NCBI GenBank assembly: GCA_022360575.1
Contig: JAKSCO010000351.1
Span: forward strand, 2,949-66,948
Direction of reading: 5' to 3'
DNA: 64,000 nucleotides
Source: Bacteroidales bacterium
Lineage (GTDB): Bacteria > Bacteroidota > Bacteroidia > Bacteroidales > UBA12077
The notes under the pieces were generated by a model. It was not told where the DNA came from, searched no databases, and saw only the letters and a list, made by a program, of their open reading frames with translations. The first letter of the stretch is position 1; each line of letters begins with the position of its first letter. Made by a program: the position numbers and the translations under genes. Of the stretch, positions 28,129 to 36,681 are shown piece after piece.

Positions 28129-29415
28129 TTATTTTGTTAAAATCTTTACAGGCTCAATTCCTAAGGTTGTTCCTTCTTGAATTGCTTTTAACACAGCTCC
28201 TCCACCTGTGAATATGTAATATTTAGGACTGTCTAGCGCAACAATATATAAGCCAGGAAGTAATCTTTTTAATTCTTGCATTGTATCGCCTCCACCGTAA
28301 AGTTTAACAGCATCAATATTTTGATCTATCAATTTATCAAGAGCAATAGTACCCTCATTAAAATGTGGTGTAAATCCCATCACAGCATTTACAAATACTG
28401 TTTTTGCTGATGAGAATATTGCATGTATTTTCTCGTCACAAAACGATTCTTCTGAAATATCAAGTATATAATTTAACTTAGTCCCCGGTGCCAAGTCATG
28501 AATATTATGTACTCTGTACTTACCCTCTATTTTACCATCGAGAGTATCCGACTCGACAATAAAAGGAAGTTCGATTAACTTACCTGGATATTTCTGACAA
28601 AAATCAACAAATTGTTGTGCATGTTTAAGATCTTCTGTAGATATTCCTTTTATCTCAATTTTGTACTTAGCACATAAGTAAGCATTATAAATAACTCCAC
28701 CAAGCACCAAATAATTGGCCTTTTTAATTAAAGCATATAAAGAATCTATTTTAGTATCGAATTTTGAGCCTGCAACTACTGCTATAAATGGAGATTGTGG
28801 GTTGTATATACGCTCAAGGTTTTCGATTTCTTTTTGCATTAAAAAACCTGCATAACTTGGTAAATATTTATTTACCCCCACAGTTGAAGCATGAGCCTGC
28901 CAAGATCCAAAAGCATCGTTGACAAAAATATCGGCTAACCCGGCCAATTGATTGGCAAAACGATCCTTCTTTTCGTCACCCGATTCTTCGCCTTGAAACC
29001 ATCGTGTGTTAGGTAAATAAATTCCGTCTATTCTTCCATCTTTTAACTCTCGTATTAAATGATTAACTGATGTTTCAATCCCGACATATCCTTTATTCTC
29101 TTGCGAATAAAAATCAGGAATTTTCATATTAATATGTAGCTTATTTCTCAAATACTCAACAATAGGCTCAACCGAAGTATCTTTATTTATCACAATATCT
29201 CCCGATTTCTTATCTTTTGGGCGCCCAACATGAGTCATTAAAATAATCTTTCCTCCACGAGCATTGATATGATATAAAGTTCCTATAGTTGCATCAATTC
29301 GGTATGGATCGTGAATAACTCCTTTTTTAACAACATTATGATCGACACGAACCAAAACAACTTTCCCTTTCAAGTCAGCATCTTGTATTGATGGGATATT
29401 ATATTTTTCGAGCAT
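28129..29415 (-). CDS. pgk: phosphoglycerate kinase (divergent, longer than typical bacterial Pgk)
   Basis: 428 aa. The segments VRVDHNV, DPYRIDAT, THVGRPK, GGGDT and FTGGGAVL correspond to PGK substrate- and nucleotide-binding motifs. Confidence 0.85.
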   Translation of the reverse strand: MLEKYNIPSIQDADLKGKVVLVRVDHNVVKKGVIHDPYRIDATIGTLYHINARGGKIILMTHVGRPKDKKSGDIVINKDTSVEPIVEYLRNKLHINMKIPDFYSQENKGYVGIETSVNHLIRELKDGRIDGIYLPNTRWFQGEESGDEKKDRFANQLAGLADIFVNDAFGSWQAHASTVGVNKYLPSYAGFLMQKEIENLERIYNPQSPFIAVVAGSKFDTKIDSLYALIKKANYLVLGGVIYNAYLCAKYKIEIKGISTEDLKHAQQFVDFCQKYPGKLIELPFIVESDTLDGKIEGKYRVHNIHDLAPGTKLNYILDISEESFCDEKIHAIFSSAKTVFVNAVMGFTPHFNEGTIALDKLIDQNIDAVKLYGGGDTMQELKRLLPGLYIVALDSPKYYIFTGGGAVLKAIQEGTTLGIEPVKILTK

Positions 29416-29599
29416 GTAAAACCTCCTTTTGAATAAAAATTATACGTATGCAATTTACTACAAAATGCAAGTTTAATCAATAAATACTCTCAAACCGTAC
29501 TTTATGAAAACGAAATAAAACTTTGATACACAAACACGATTTTAAAAAAAGAGTTGCTCCCAATATTAGAACAACCCTTTATTTCAAAATTATTATTGC

Positions 29600-30049
29600 C
29601 TATTTTACAGGAGTAGGAACCATTATGGGGAGCATTTGTACATTTTTCTTAATCGAAAAATTCGGACTATAATGCCAATAAAAGATACTTGAAATAGTAG
29701 ATTTACCTGATGATACAGCATAAAGCACATTACCATCCCCATCTAATTTATATTTAGTTAAAGTAACTTTAATAGGACCTACTGTATAGTTATTCGCTTG
29801 AGTAAAAGCTTCGGGATAAATTCTCAACTGACAATTGTATACATGATACAAATTAGCACTTAAATCTAATTGATTTATTGTAAGTACTGTCTTGTAATAA
29901 ACCGGATAATTGGGTTCTCTTACCGAATTGGGAAATAATCCTGATACTGGCTTATAATTAATTGTAAAGTCTCCATTAGGCGCCCTGTCTTGAGCAAATA
30001 CCTGAACTGTAAATAAAATGATGATACTAAATACTAAAATTTTTTTCAT
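29600..30049 (-). CDS. hypothetical small secreted protein
   Basis: 149 aa. Clear signal peptide (MKKILVFSIIILFTVQVFAQ). No recognisable domain. Confidence 0.6.
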   Translation of the reverse strand: MKKILVFSIIILFTVQVFAQDRAPNGDFTINYKPVSGLFPNSVREPNYPVYYKTVLTINQLDLSANLYHVYNCQLRIYPEAFTQANNYTVGPIKVTLTKYKLDGDGNVLYAVSSGKSTISSIFYWHYSPNFSIKKNVQMLPIMVPTPVK

Positions 30050-30299
30050 AGTAATAAATTTATAATAACTCCTACTCTATTTTGGCTTTTCGGAATCCGC
30101 CTTAAAAAAATTTAACGAAATGAACAAAACAATATACTCATTTTGAGTATTATTAAAAATTTTAAATACAATAAAAATTGACTTATAAGTATCTTTTTTT
30201 TAATTTAGGGGCACCCCTTTTTAAAAACAAAAAAAATCCGCATTTTATTCTTACAATTTTAACAACGACGATAAATATTTTTAACTAAAATTTAGAGTT

Positions 30300-31445
30300 A
30301 TGGAAAGAATAAAATTGATTTTAGGAATAGTATTAATCATAATTTTGGGGATATCGTGCGACAATGATGATGATAAAGTAGCTCCCAAATTTAATCTGAC
30401 ATCAGTAGGAATAACAAATACCAATTTCTCGTCTACAGCAAGCGGAACAAAACAAGAAAACAATAGCGAAGTTTTAAAATTGATGTTTAACGGTCAAACA
30501 TTTACTGCAAAAACAGTTACTATGAGCGGAGTAACCGAGAATATCGACCTAGACACCACAGACAATATTTTTAACTTTGTCCGATCGTATGAGATTATTG
30601 AAACCGAAGGCGAAGAGATGCTCGGGAGCATTATAGTTACTCTAGATCTGCTAGTTAATATAGCAAACACACCCGATCTACAAGAAGCTTATGTTAATTT
30701 CGATTACAATCCAGCAAATGGCTCTCATGAGCATTTTAGAGTACGTCTTAATGTAGACAGCGTACAAGCTTTATTCAATTTATCAACCGGAAACTTTGCT
30801 TTTATGGCCGAAAGGATTACAGGTAGTTTTATGCAAGGCGAAGGAGAAAATGTTACTACAACAGGCGAAACAATTGAAGTAAGCTTAACTGTAACAAACG
30901 GAAGTACTGAAAATATGCCATCGCCTCCCTTCCACCTCGAATCAGCTGGAGTAACAAATACAGGAATTGTTACTCCGAGTAAAAATACTAAAGCAGAAGT
31001 TCTTCAGCTTATGTTCGATGGTGTTACATACAATGCCCGCTTAGCAAGCTTTAATGACAATCAACACGAAACAAATATTGATATTAACATGACCGATAAC
31101 GATAGTATCTTCAATTTTAAAAGATACTATGAGATAAATGAAAACGAAGGTGAAAATATAGTTAGTAGCATTATTGTTACTTTAGATCTATTGGTTAATG
31201 AAACCAACGGATCACTAATTGCTACATATATCAATTTTGATTATAATCCGGAAAATGGAGACCACGAACATCATCGTTTAAGATTAAATAATTCCGATGT
31301 AACGGCTAATGTTAATCTTACCGCCAACACTTACAGTTTTACATGTAATGCTGCTGTTGGCGAATTTTTACAAGGCGAAGGAGAAAATGTCACTACAACA
31401 GGCGAAACTCTCGAAATTACCTTAAATGTTTCGAGAGAAGAATAG
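30300..31445 (+). CDS. hypothetical lipoprotein with an internal ~180-aa tandem duplication and a conserved HEH motif
   Basis: 381 aa. Lipobox LGISC. Repeat 1 spans aa 31-200 and repeat 2 spans aa 211-378. Shared blocks are IIVTLDLLVN, NFDYNPxNGxHEH and QGEGENVTTTGET, the last also visible as a DNA repeat near 30835 and 31375. Confidence 0.75.
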   Translation: MERIKLILGIVLIIILGISCDNDDDKVAPKFNLTSVGITNTNFSSTASGTKQENNSEVLKLMFNGQTFTAKTVTMSGVTENIDLDTTDNIFNFVRSYEIIETEGEEMLGSIIVTLDLLVNIANTPDLQEAYVNFDYNPANGSHEHFRVRLNVDSVQALFNLSTGNFAFMAERITGSFMQGEGENVTTTGETIEVSLTVTNGSTENMPSPPFHLESAGVTNTGIVTPSKNTKAEVLQLMFDGVTYNARLASFNDNQHETNIDINMTDNDSIFNFKRYYEINENEGENIVSSIIVTLDLLVNETNGSLIATYINFDYNPENGDHEHHRLRLNNSDVTANVNLTANTYSFTCNAAVGEFLQGEGENVTTTGETLEITLNVSREE

Positions 31446-31467
31446 TTTCCCCGAAATCCTTTTAAAA

Positions 31468-31506
31468 AATATTCGTAGTATAAATAAACTACGAATATTT
31501 TTTTTT
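31468..31506. terminator. bidirectional terminator between the lipoprotein gene and the convergent TonB-dependent receptor gene
   Basis: AATATTCGTAGT / ACTACGAATATT perfect 12-bp stem with an 8-nt loop. An A-run lies upstream and an 8-T run downstream. Confidence 0.85.
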
Positions 31507-33919
31507 AGAACTGGATAATAATACCTAACGAGGGTAAAATTGTTCCAGAGCCATCATCTTCTATTGTTTTCATCAAATATCGTTGCGGATCTTTCGGGTC
31601 AATCATAAAATTTCCTTGTTCGTTTGTTCGTGGAGTATAAATATCGGGCGATTTTAATTTAAAGTTATAAGCATTCTGAATATCTAAATAAATCATTAAT
31701 GACCATTTATTAAAAAACATCTGCTTATCAAGACGGATATCAAGCTGATGAAAAACATCTGAACGCAAAGCATTAAACTCCGAGTAATTTAAATATTCTT
31801 GTTTACGAATCTCCCATGCAGCAATCAAACTTGTCTTATTTTTATCAATCGCTGTATAAGGAGCTCCACCAACCAAACGCCATTTAAATCCAAGTTGCCA
31901 ATTATTAGAAAAATCTCTAGTGGTTGTTATATTAAGTAAATGTACATTATCCCAAGCCGAAGGAATATAATTAGAGGTAAACTGTAAATTATTATCCAAC
32001 TCTTTAAATTCGCTCCGAACAAGTGTATATGATATTACTGTATTAAATCCAACAACATTTCTTAATCGAGCTAAAAGCTCAAAACCAAAGCTTCGTCCTC
32101 GGGCAATAGAAAGTACTTCCTCGTCGCCAAAAATTCCAAAATCGCCTCCTTTATTAGCCAACGAAATCGAATCGTTTAACGAAAAAGGATAATTACGATA
32201 GTGTTTATAAAACCCTTCAACAGTTATTTGCGATTGCTCCGACAATAAATACTCGCATCCTAAAACAACATGGTCTGCCGATATATAACTAATCCCATTT
32301 TGTTTATTTTTTAACAATTGATTATTGTCTCTAAAACCTAAACTCGTATATGCCGGTAACTGATAATACCTTCCTGTATTAAAATTTAATGACCACTGAG
32401 GATCTATTTGATACGACATAGATATGCGAGGAGATAATTGTTTAAACAAATTACTCATTTGCTCTGAATAACTATTTGCATCACTCCGAATACCCAAAGA
32501 GACAGACAATCTGTTTTTAAAAAAACGTTTGCTTACCTGAGTAAAAACAGACCATTTCAAAAAATTTAAATCTGACTTATAGTTTATAGCTACAGCTGTT
32601 TGATCTTGAAAATCTTGTCTTAATGTTTCATTCGAATACTGAATATAATCTGCTCCGGCACCTACATTTATTTTATATCCACTACTTATGCGAATTGTAT
32701 TTTCGTACCTTAATTTATTCTCGGCTTCTAACGACGAATAATCAAAAGTCTTAAGCGAATCATTTTCGATATTATCTTGATATTTTATGGATCTATTGTT
32801 TAAATAACTTCGACTCAAGACCCAAGTATCATAGCTATGCTCTCTATAATGTTTATAAACTAATCCCAAAGTATACGACTCCTGATTCTGTTCAGGCAAA
32901 TAGTTTAGTATGTATTGTTGTAATTCTGTTTTGTTTGCATCTAAATTAAGAGCAAAACGGTCGATAGCTCCTAAACCTATAAGCGATAATTCGTTTTTAG
33001 AATCTATTCGTGATTTTACTTTAAACTGCAAATCGTTATATGTTGGCAAAAAAGGAAGTTCCAAGGCAGAAAATAATAGTTGTAAATACGAACGACGCAA
33101 AGAAAGGATATAGCTTGTTTTATTCCCTAGAGGCCCATCAAGAGTTAAGCCTACCTCAGACGATCCTAAAGTTGCTTGTAATTCTTGTTTTTCGGTATTC
33201 CCATCTTTTTGTTTGAATTCTAAAACAGAGCTCAAAGCATCTCCTTTATTTGCAGGAAAGGCTCCCGAATATAAATTTACTTCACGAATAAAATCAACAT
33301 TCAGTATACCAACAGGACCTCCAGAAGCTCCTTGGGTCGAAAAATGATTAATGGTAGGAATTTCTACTTCGTCTAAGAAAAACGAATTCTCACTAGGACC
33401 TCCTCCACGAACAATAACATCGTTTCGTTGTACTGGTGTTGATGCTACTCCAGGGAAAGATTGGATTACTTTCGAAATATCACGATTAGCTCCAGGAATA
33501 CGCTCTATTTCTCGAATACTAATTACTCTTAACGAAATAGGGCTTTCGTCATTTTTCCTAAACACCGAAGGCTTTACAACGACCTCGTCCATAATAATGT
33601 TGGCTTTATTTAAAGCTATAGATACATTTGCCGTGCGAGCTTTCGTTACCATAATATCCTCAGATGTATATGTTTCGAAACCAACTGCCGATACCTGTAA
33701 TTTTACAAAACCAGGAGAAACTCCAGATAAAACAAACTTTCCTTCTAGATTAGATGCAACTCCCAAATTCGAACCATATATTACCACATTAGCAAAAGGT
33801 ACTGGAGCATTATTCTCTGAATCGACAACTATACCTTTTATTGATGTTTGTGAGTAAAGTTGATAGTTTAAAAATCCTGCTAAAATTAGCGTAATGCCTA
33901 AACAAACCCTGTTCATCAC
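31505..33919 (-). CDS. TonB-dependent outer membrane receptor with an N-terminal carboxypeptidase-regulatory-like domain
   Basis: 804 aa. The track start is GTG at 33919; an ATG lies at 33916. After the signal peptide comes IKGIVVDSENNAPVPFANVVI (CarbopepD_reg-like), then a plug domain and a long barrel ending in ..GIIIQF. No SusD partner is present. Confidence 0.88.
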   Translation of the reverse strand: MMNRVCLGITLILAGFLNYQLYSQTSIKGIVVDSENNAPVPFANVVIYGSNLGVASNLEGKFVLSGVSPGFVKLQVSAVGFETYTSEDIMVTKARTANVSIALNKANIIMDEVVVKPSVFRKNDESPISLRVISIREIERIPGANRDISKVIQSFPGVASTPVQRNDVIVRGGGPSENSFFLDEVEIPTINHFSTQGASGGPVGILNVDFIREVNLYSGAFPANKGDALSSVLEFKQKDGNTEKQELQATLGSSEVGLTLDGPLGNKTSYILSLRRSYLQLLFSALELPFLPTYNDLQFKVKSRIDSKNELSLIGLGAIDRFALNLDANKTELQQYILNYLPEQNQESYTLGLVYKHYREHSYDTWVLSRSYLNNRSIKYQDNIENDSLKTFDYSSLEAENKLRYENTIRISSGYKINVGAGADYIQYSNETLRQDFQDQTAVAINYKSDLNFLKWSVFTQVSKRFFKNRLSVSLGIRSDANSYSEQMSNLFKQLSPRISMSYQIDPQWSLNFNTGRYYQLPAYTSLGFRDNNQLLKNKQNGISYISADHVVLGCEYLLSEQSQITVEGFYKHYRNYPFSLNDSISLANKGGDFGIFGDEEVLSIARGRSFGFELLARLRNVVGFNTVISYTLVRSEFKELDNNLQFTSNYIPSAWDNVHLLNITTTRDFSNNWQLGFKWRLVGGAPYTAIDKNKTSLIAAWEIRKQEYLNYSEFNALRSDVFHQLDIRLDKQMFFNKWSLMIYLDIQNAYNFKLKSPDIYTPRTNEQGNFMIDPKDPQRYLMKTIEDDGSGTILPSLGIIIQF

Positions 33920-34221
33920 CTTAATTTATTACATTCTATACAAGTTATAACAAAAAGACAACAAACGAAAAATTCTCTTTGTATAAAAGAGAATCTAATG
34001 TTAATAACAGTAATTAATCTATTTTTTTATATATTTCGCATTTTTTAAAACTAATTGACTTCATATTTTGTTTTTATACAGAGCTATTAGTTAATTTGAA
34101 TCGAATATATATTGTTTTAATCAAAATTATTTTTCGGTTAAAAACGAAAAAACGCGTTGAAGATATAAAAGAGAAGATTTAGCATATTTTGCATAAAACT
34201 TCTACGATAAGAGAAGGGGAG

Positions 34222-34797
34222 ATGAATTACAATTCAATATTTATTAATCAATTAAAAAAGAAAGATCAGAAGTCGTTTGAAAGACTTTATCTTGATTTTT
34301 TTCCATCTTTGGTTGTATTTGCCCAAAAATATATCCCCGATCAAGAAATTAGCGAAGATATAGTACAGGAAGTTTTCATAAAATTATGGGATAATGCCTC
34401 AAAAATAGATATACATACATCTCTTAAATCCTATTTATATTCGGCAACTAAGAATTCGGCCATCAACTATTTAAACAAAAAGAATACTGAAGAAAGACAA
34501 AAAGAAAGGTATCTCTATTTCGAAGATATAGCATCTCAAAGTGATGAAAATAATGCTCTTACTCAAGATGTATATTATCACCTTTACAATGCAATAAAGA
34601 ATCTTCCTGAAAAATCAAGAAAAACAATCATTCTTTCTTTAAACAACATGTCTCTTTCTGATATTAAAAACGAATTGAACATTAGTATAAACACTGTAAA
34701 AACCCATAAACGCAGGGCATACTCCACACTTCGGAAAAAACTTGCAAAATTTTTCTGTTTTTTTGTCACCCCTATTTTAATATTTTTTGTCTCGTAA
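34222..34797 (+). CDS. ECF-type RNA polymerase sigma-70 factor (copy 1)
   Basis: The track ORF starts at TTG 34189. I prefer the ATG at 34222 (MNYNSIF). Region 2 (EDIVQEVFIKLW) and region 4 HTH (ISINTVKTHKRRAYSTLRKKL) are present. Confidence 0.85.
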   Translation: MNYNSIFINQLKKKDQKSFERLYLDFFPSLVVFAQKYIPDQEISEDIVQEVFIKLWDNASKIDIHTSLKSYLYSATKNSAINYLNKKNTEERQKERYLYFEDIASQSDENNALTQDVYYHLYNAIKNLPEKSRKTIILSLNNMSLSDIKNELNISINTVKTHKRRAYSTLRKKLAKFFCFFVTPILIFFVS

Positions 34798-34881
34798 TAT
34801 AAAATATTTGAATTCTATACACTTAACATATTGTATGAATAAAGATTTCTTGTGTAGAGTTTGGTTGTAATAGAGGAAAAA

Positions 34882-35412
34882 ATGAAATACACCCCTTTAT
34901 TTTTAGATAAAATAAAAAAAGGTGATCAAGAATCTTTTGAAAAACTTTACAACGATCTATTTCCATCGTTGGTTTTGTTTGCAAAAAAATATGTAGATGA
35001 CGATAACCTTAGCGAAGACATAGTGCAAGAAATTTTTATGAAATTTTGGAATAATGTTTCTTCAATTAATATTCGCATTTCAATAAAATCTTATCTGTAT
35101 ATGGCTGTTAGGAATAATGCAATAAACTACTTAAACCAAAAAGCCATTTTAACTGAAAAGCTAAACAAACACATTTCTTACGAAATGACATCTTCCGACG
35201 AATACAAGATTTTATCTCAAGACGTATATCATCAAGTTCATAATGCCATTAAAAGTTTACCTCAAAAATCACAAGAAGTAATTCGTATGTCAATGAATGA
35301 ACTATCAATTGCTGAAATACAAGAAGAACTTAATTTAAGTAAAAACACTATAAAAACACATAAAAGAAGAGCTTATGCTATGTTACGCGAGAAGCTGAAA
35401 AGTATTTTCTAA
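34882..35412 (+). CDS. ECF-type RNA polymerase sigma-70 factor (copy 2, paralogue of copy 1)
   Basis: The preferred ATG is at 34882 (MKYTPLF). It is collinear with copy 1 over the full length, roughly half of positions identical by eye (not counted). Confidence 0.9.
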   Translation: MKYTPLFLDKIKKGDQESFEKLYNDLFPSLVLFAKKYVDDDNLSEDIVQEIFMKFWNNVSSINIRISIKSYLYMAVRNNAINYLNQKAILTEKLNKHISYEMTSSDEYKILSQDVYHQVHNAIKSLPQKSQEVIRMSMNELSIAEIQEELNLSKNTIKTHKRRAYAMLREKLKSIF

Positions 35413-35462
35413 TCTTTTCACCCTTCAAATTAATTTTAATGTCATAGAAAAAAACATAGAAA

Positions 35463-36605
35463 ATGAACTTGGACGAAAACATATCAAAAATAATCGCTAA
35501 ATATGTAATGGGAGAAATTACAGAAGAAGATAGCGATATTCTGCAAGAATGGTTATCCGATTCTTATAATAGATTACTTTTCAAGAAAATTATCAATCCA
35601 AAACATATTGCTAAAGAATTAACCCAATTAGAAAAAATAGATTCAGAAAAAGCATATCGCAAGTTCAAATCAAAAGTTTCGAAAAGAATAAATATCAAAG
35701 AAGTATTAGGCTATGCTGCTGCTATTCTGTTACCAATATTAGGATTACTTTCGTTATTTCTTTTTATTAAAGATGATTATAATCCGGGAATAGCCGAAAA
35801 TATTGATTTCGACAATCAGAATATCTCTATAGTAACTGGAGATGGGAAACTTCATAAACTTTCAGGAAACGACACACTTGTTAATACCTCTAATTCAAAC
35901 GTAGTTGTCGAAAATAAAAATATTCGATATAAAGCATTAACAAAAAAAGAATCACTTAAACCGGTATACAATACAATTAATATCCCAGCTGGAGGAAAAT
36001 ACAAATTGGAATTATCAGACAAAACAATCGTACATTTAAATTCAGCAACAACATTTAAATATCCTGTTGCTTTTGTTGGTAATAATCGTAATGTACAATT
36101 GATCTCGGGCGAAGCTTTTTTCGAAGTTACTAAAAGTAAAAAACCTTTTATACTGAATTTTGGGGTCAATAAAATAAAAGTGCTCGGCACAAAATTTAAT
36201 GTTAAATCATACAAAACAGAAGATAAAGAACAGATAACATTAGAAGAAGGAAGCATATCTTTAAATAATAGTAAAAACGAAATCCAACTATACCCTAACC
36301 AACAAGCAATCATTAGTAAAAATAATTTATCAATAGAAATCGAGTCGGTTGATGCTCCTATTTATTCGTCTTGGCGTACAGGATTTTTAAATTATAAAGA
36401 AGAAAAATTATCAACTATTTTGAACGACTTTCAGAGACAATATAACGTTATGGTTTTTTATCAAAACCCTGAAGTTAAAAATAAAAAGTTATCTATTTCG
36501 ATGGATACGAATAAGAGTATTACTCAAATATTAAAAGCTATAGAAGCTACTGGAGATGTAAAATTTAAGATAAATAATAGCAACATCATTGTATTGAAAA
36601 AATAG
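35463..36605 (+). CDS. FecR-family anti-sigma factor / transmembrane sensor
   Basis: 380 aa. Cytoplasmic N-domain, a single TM (VLGYAAAILLPILGLLSLFLFI), then a periplasmic FecR domain and a C-terminal domain. It sits between the ECF sigma genes and the SusC-like gene. Confidence 0.9.
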   Translation: MNLDENISKIIAKYVMGEITEEDSDILQEWLSDSYNRLLFKKIINPKHIAKELTQLEKIDSEKAYRKFKSKVSKRINIKEVLGYAAAILLPILGLLSLFLFIKDDYNPGIAENIDFDNQNISIVTGDGKLHKLSGNDTLVNTSNSNVVVENKNIRYKALTKKESLKPVYNTINIPAGGKYKLELSDKTIVHLNSATTFKYPVAFVGNNRNVQLISGEAFFEVTKSKKPFILNFGVNKIKVLGTKFNVKSYKTEDKEQITLEEGSISLNNSKNEIQLYPNQQAIISKNNLSIEIESVDAPIYSSWRTGFLNYKEEKLSTILNDFQRQYNVMVFYQNPEVKNKKLSISMDTNKSITQILKAIEATGDVKFKINNSNIIVLKK

Positions 36606-36681
36606 TGAAGTGTGCTGGCACACACCCCACTAAAGGCTATTAATTTATCACATTATAATAACCTAACAATATTTTAATTCT

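Noticed and set aside
33351-33857. 168-aa ORF antisense inside the TonB-dependent receptor gene. Similar antisense ORFs occur at 35852-36313 (153 aa, in fecR), 19683-20129 and 19738-19935 (in rnhB), 25128-26028 (several, in the BNR gene), 7826-8029, 9164-9370, 10426-10692, 11263-11445, 15501-15731, 16571-16768, 1797-1997, 2299-2523, 32910-33113, 34584-34769, 38390-38662, 39716-39901, 41011-41220, 43657-43872, 46905-47135, 53893-54078, 55135-55332, 55434-55643, 56192-56404, 57339-57527 and 61189-61380
   Set aside because: All are embedded in, or overlap, well-supported genes with clear family motifs. Their compositions are low-complexity and they show no motifs. Shadow ORFs of this kind are expected in AT-rich DNA.
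33920-34188. Riboswitch (for example cobalamin) in the 5' region of the TonB-dependent receptor gene
   Set aside because: I found no B12-box-like or other riboswitch core sequence by eye. There is only a short hairpin (ATTCTCTT / AAGAGAAT near 33973-33998). This is not decisive without a covariance-model scan.
36610-36623. TGGCAC at 36616-36621 as a sigma-54 -24 element in front of the SusC-like gene (rpoN is in the window)
   Set aside because: No TTGC(A/T) -12 element follows at the required spacing. The hexamer is part of a small palindrome (GTGTGC-TG-GCACAC). Control by the adjacent ECF sigma/FecR pair is the simpler explanation.
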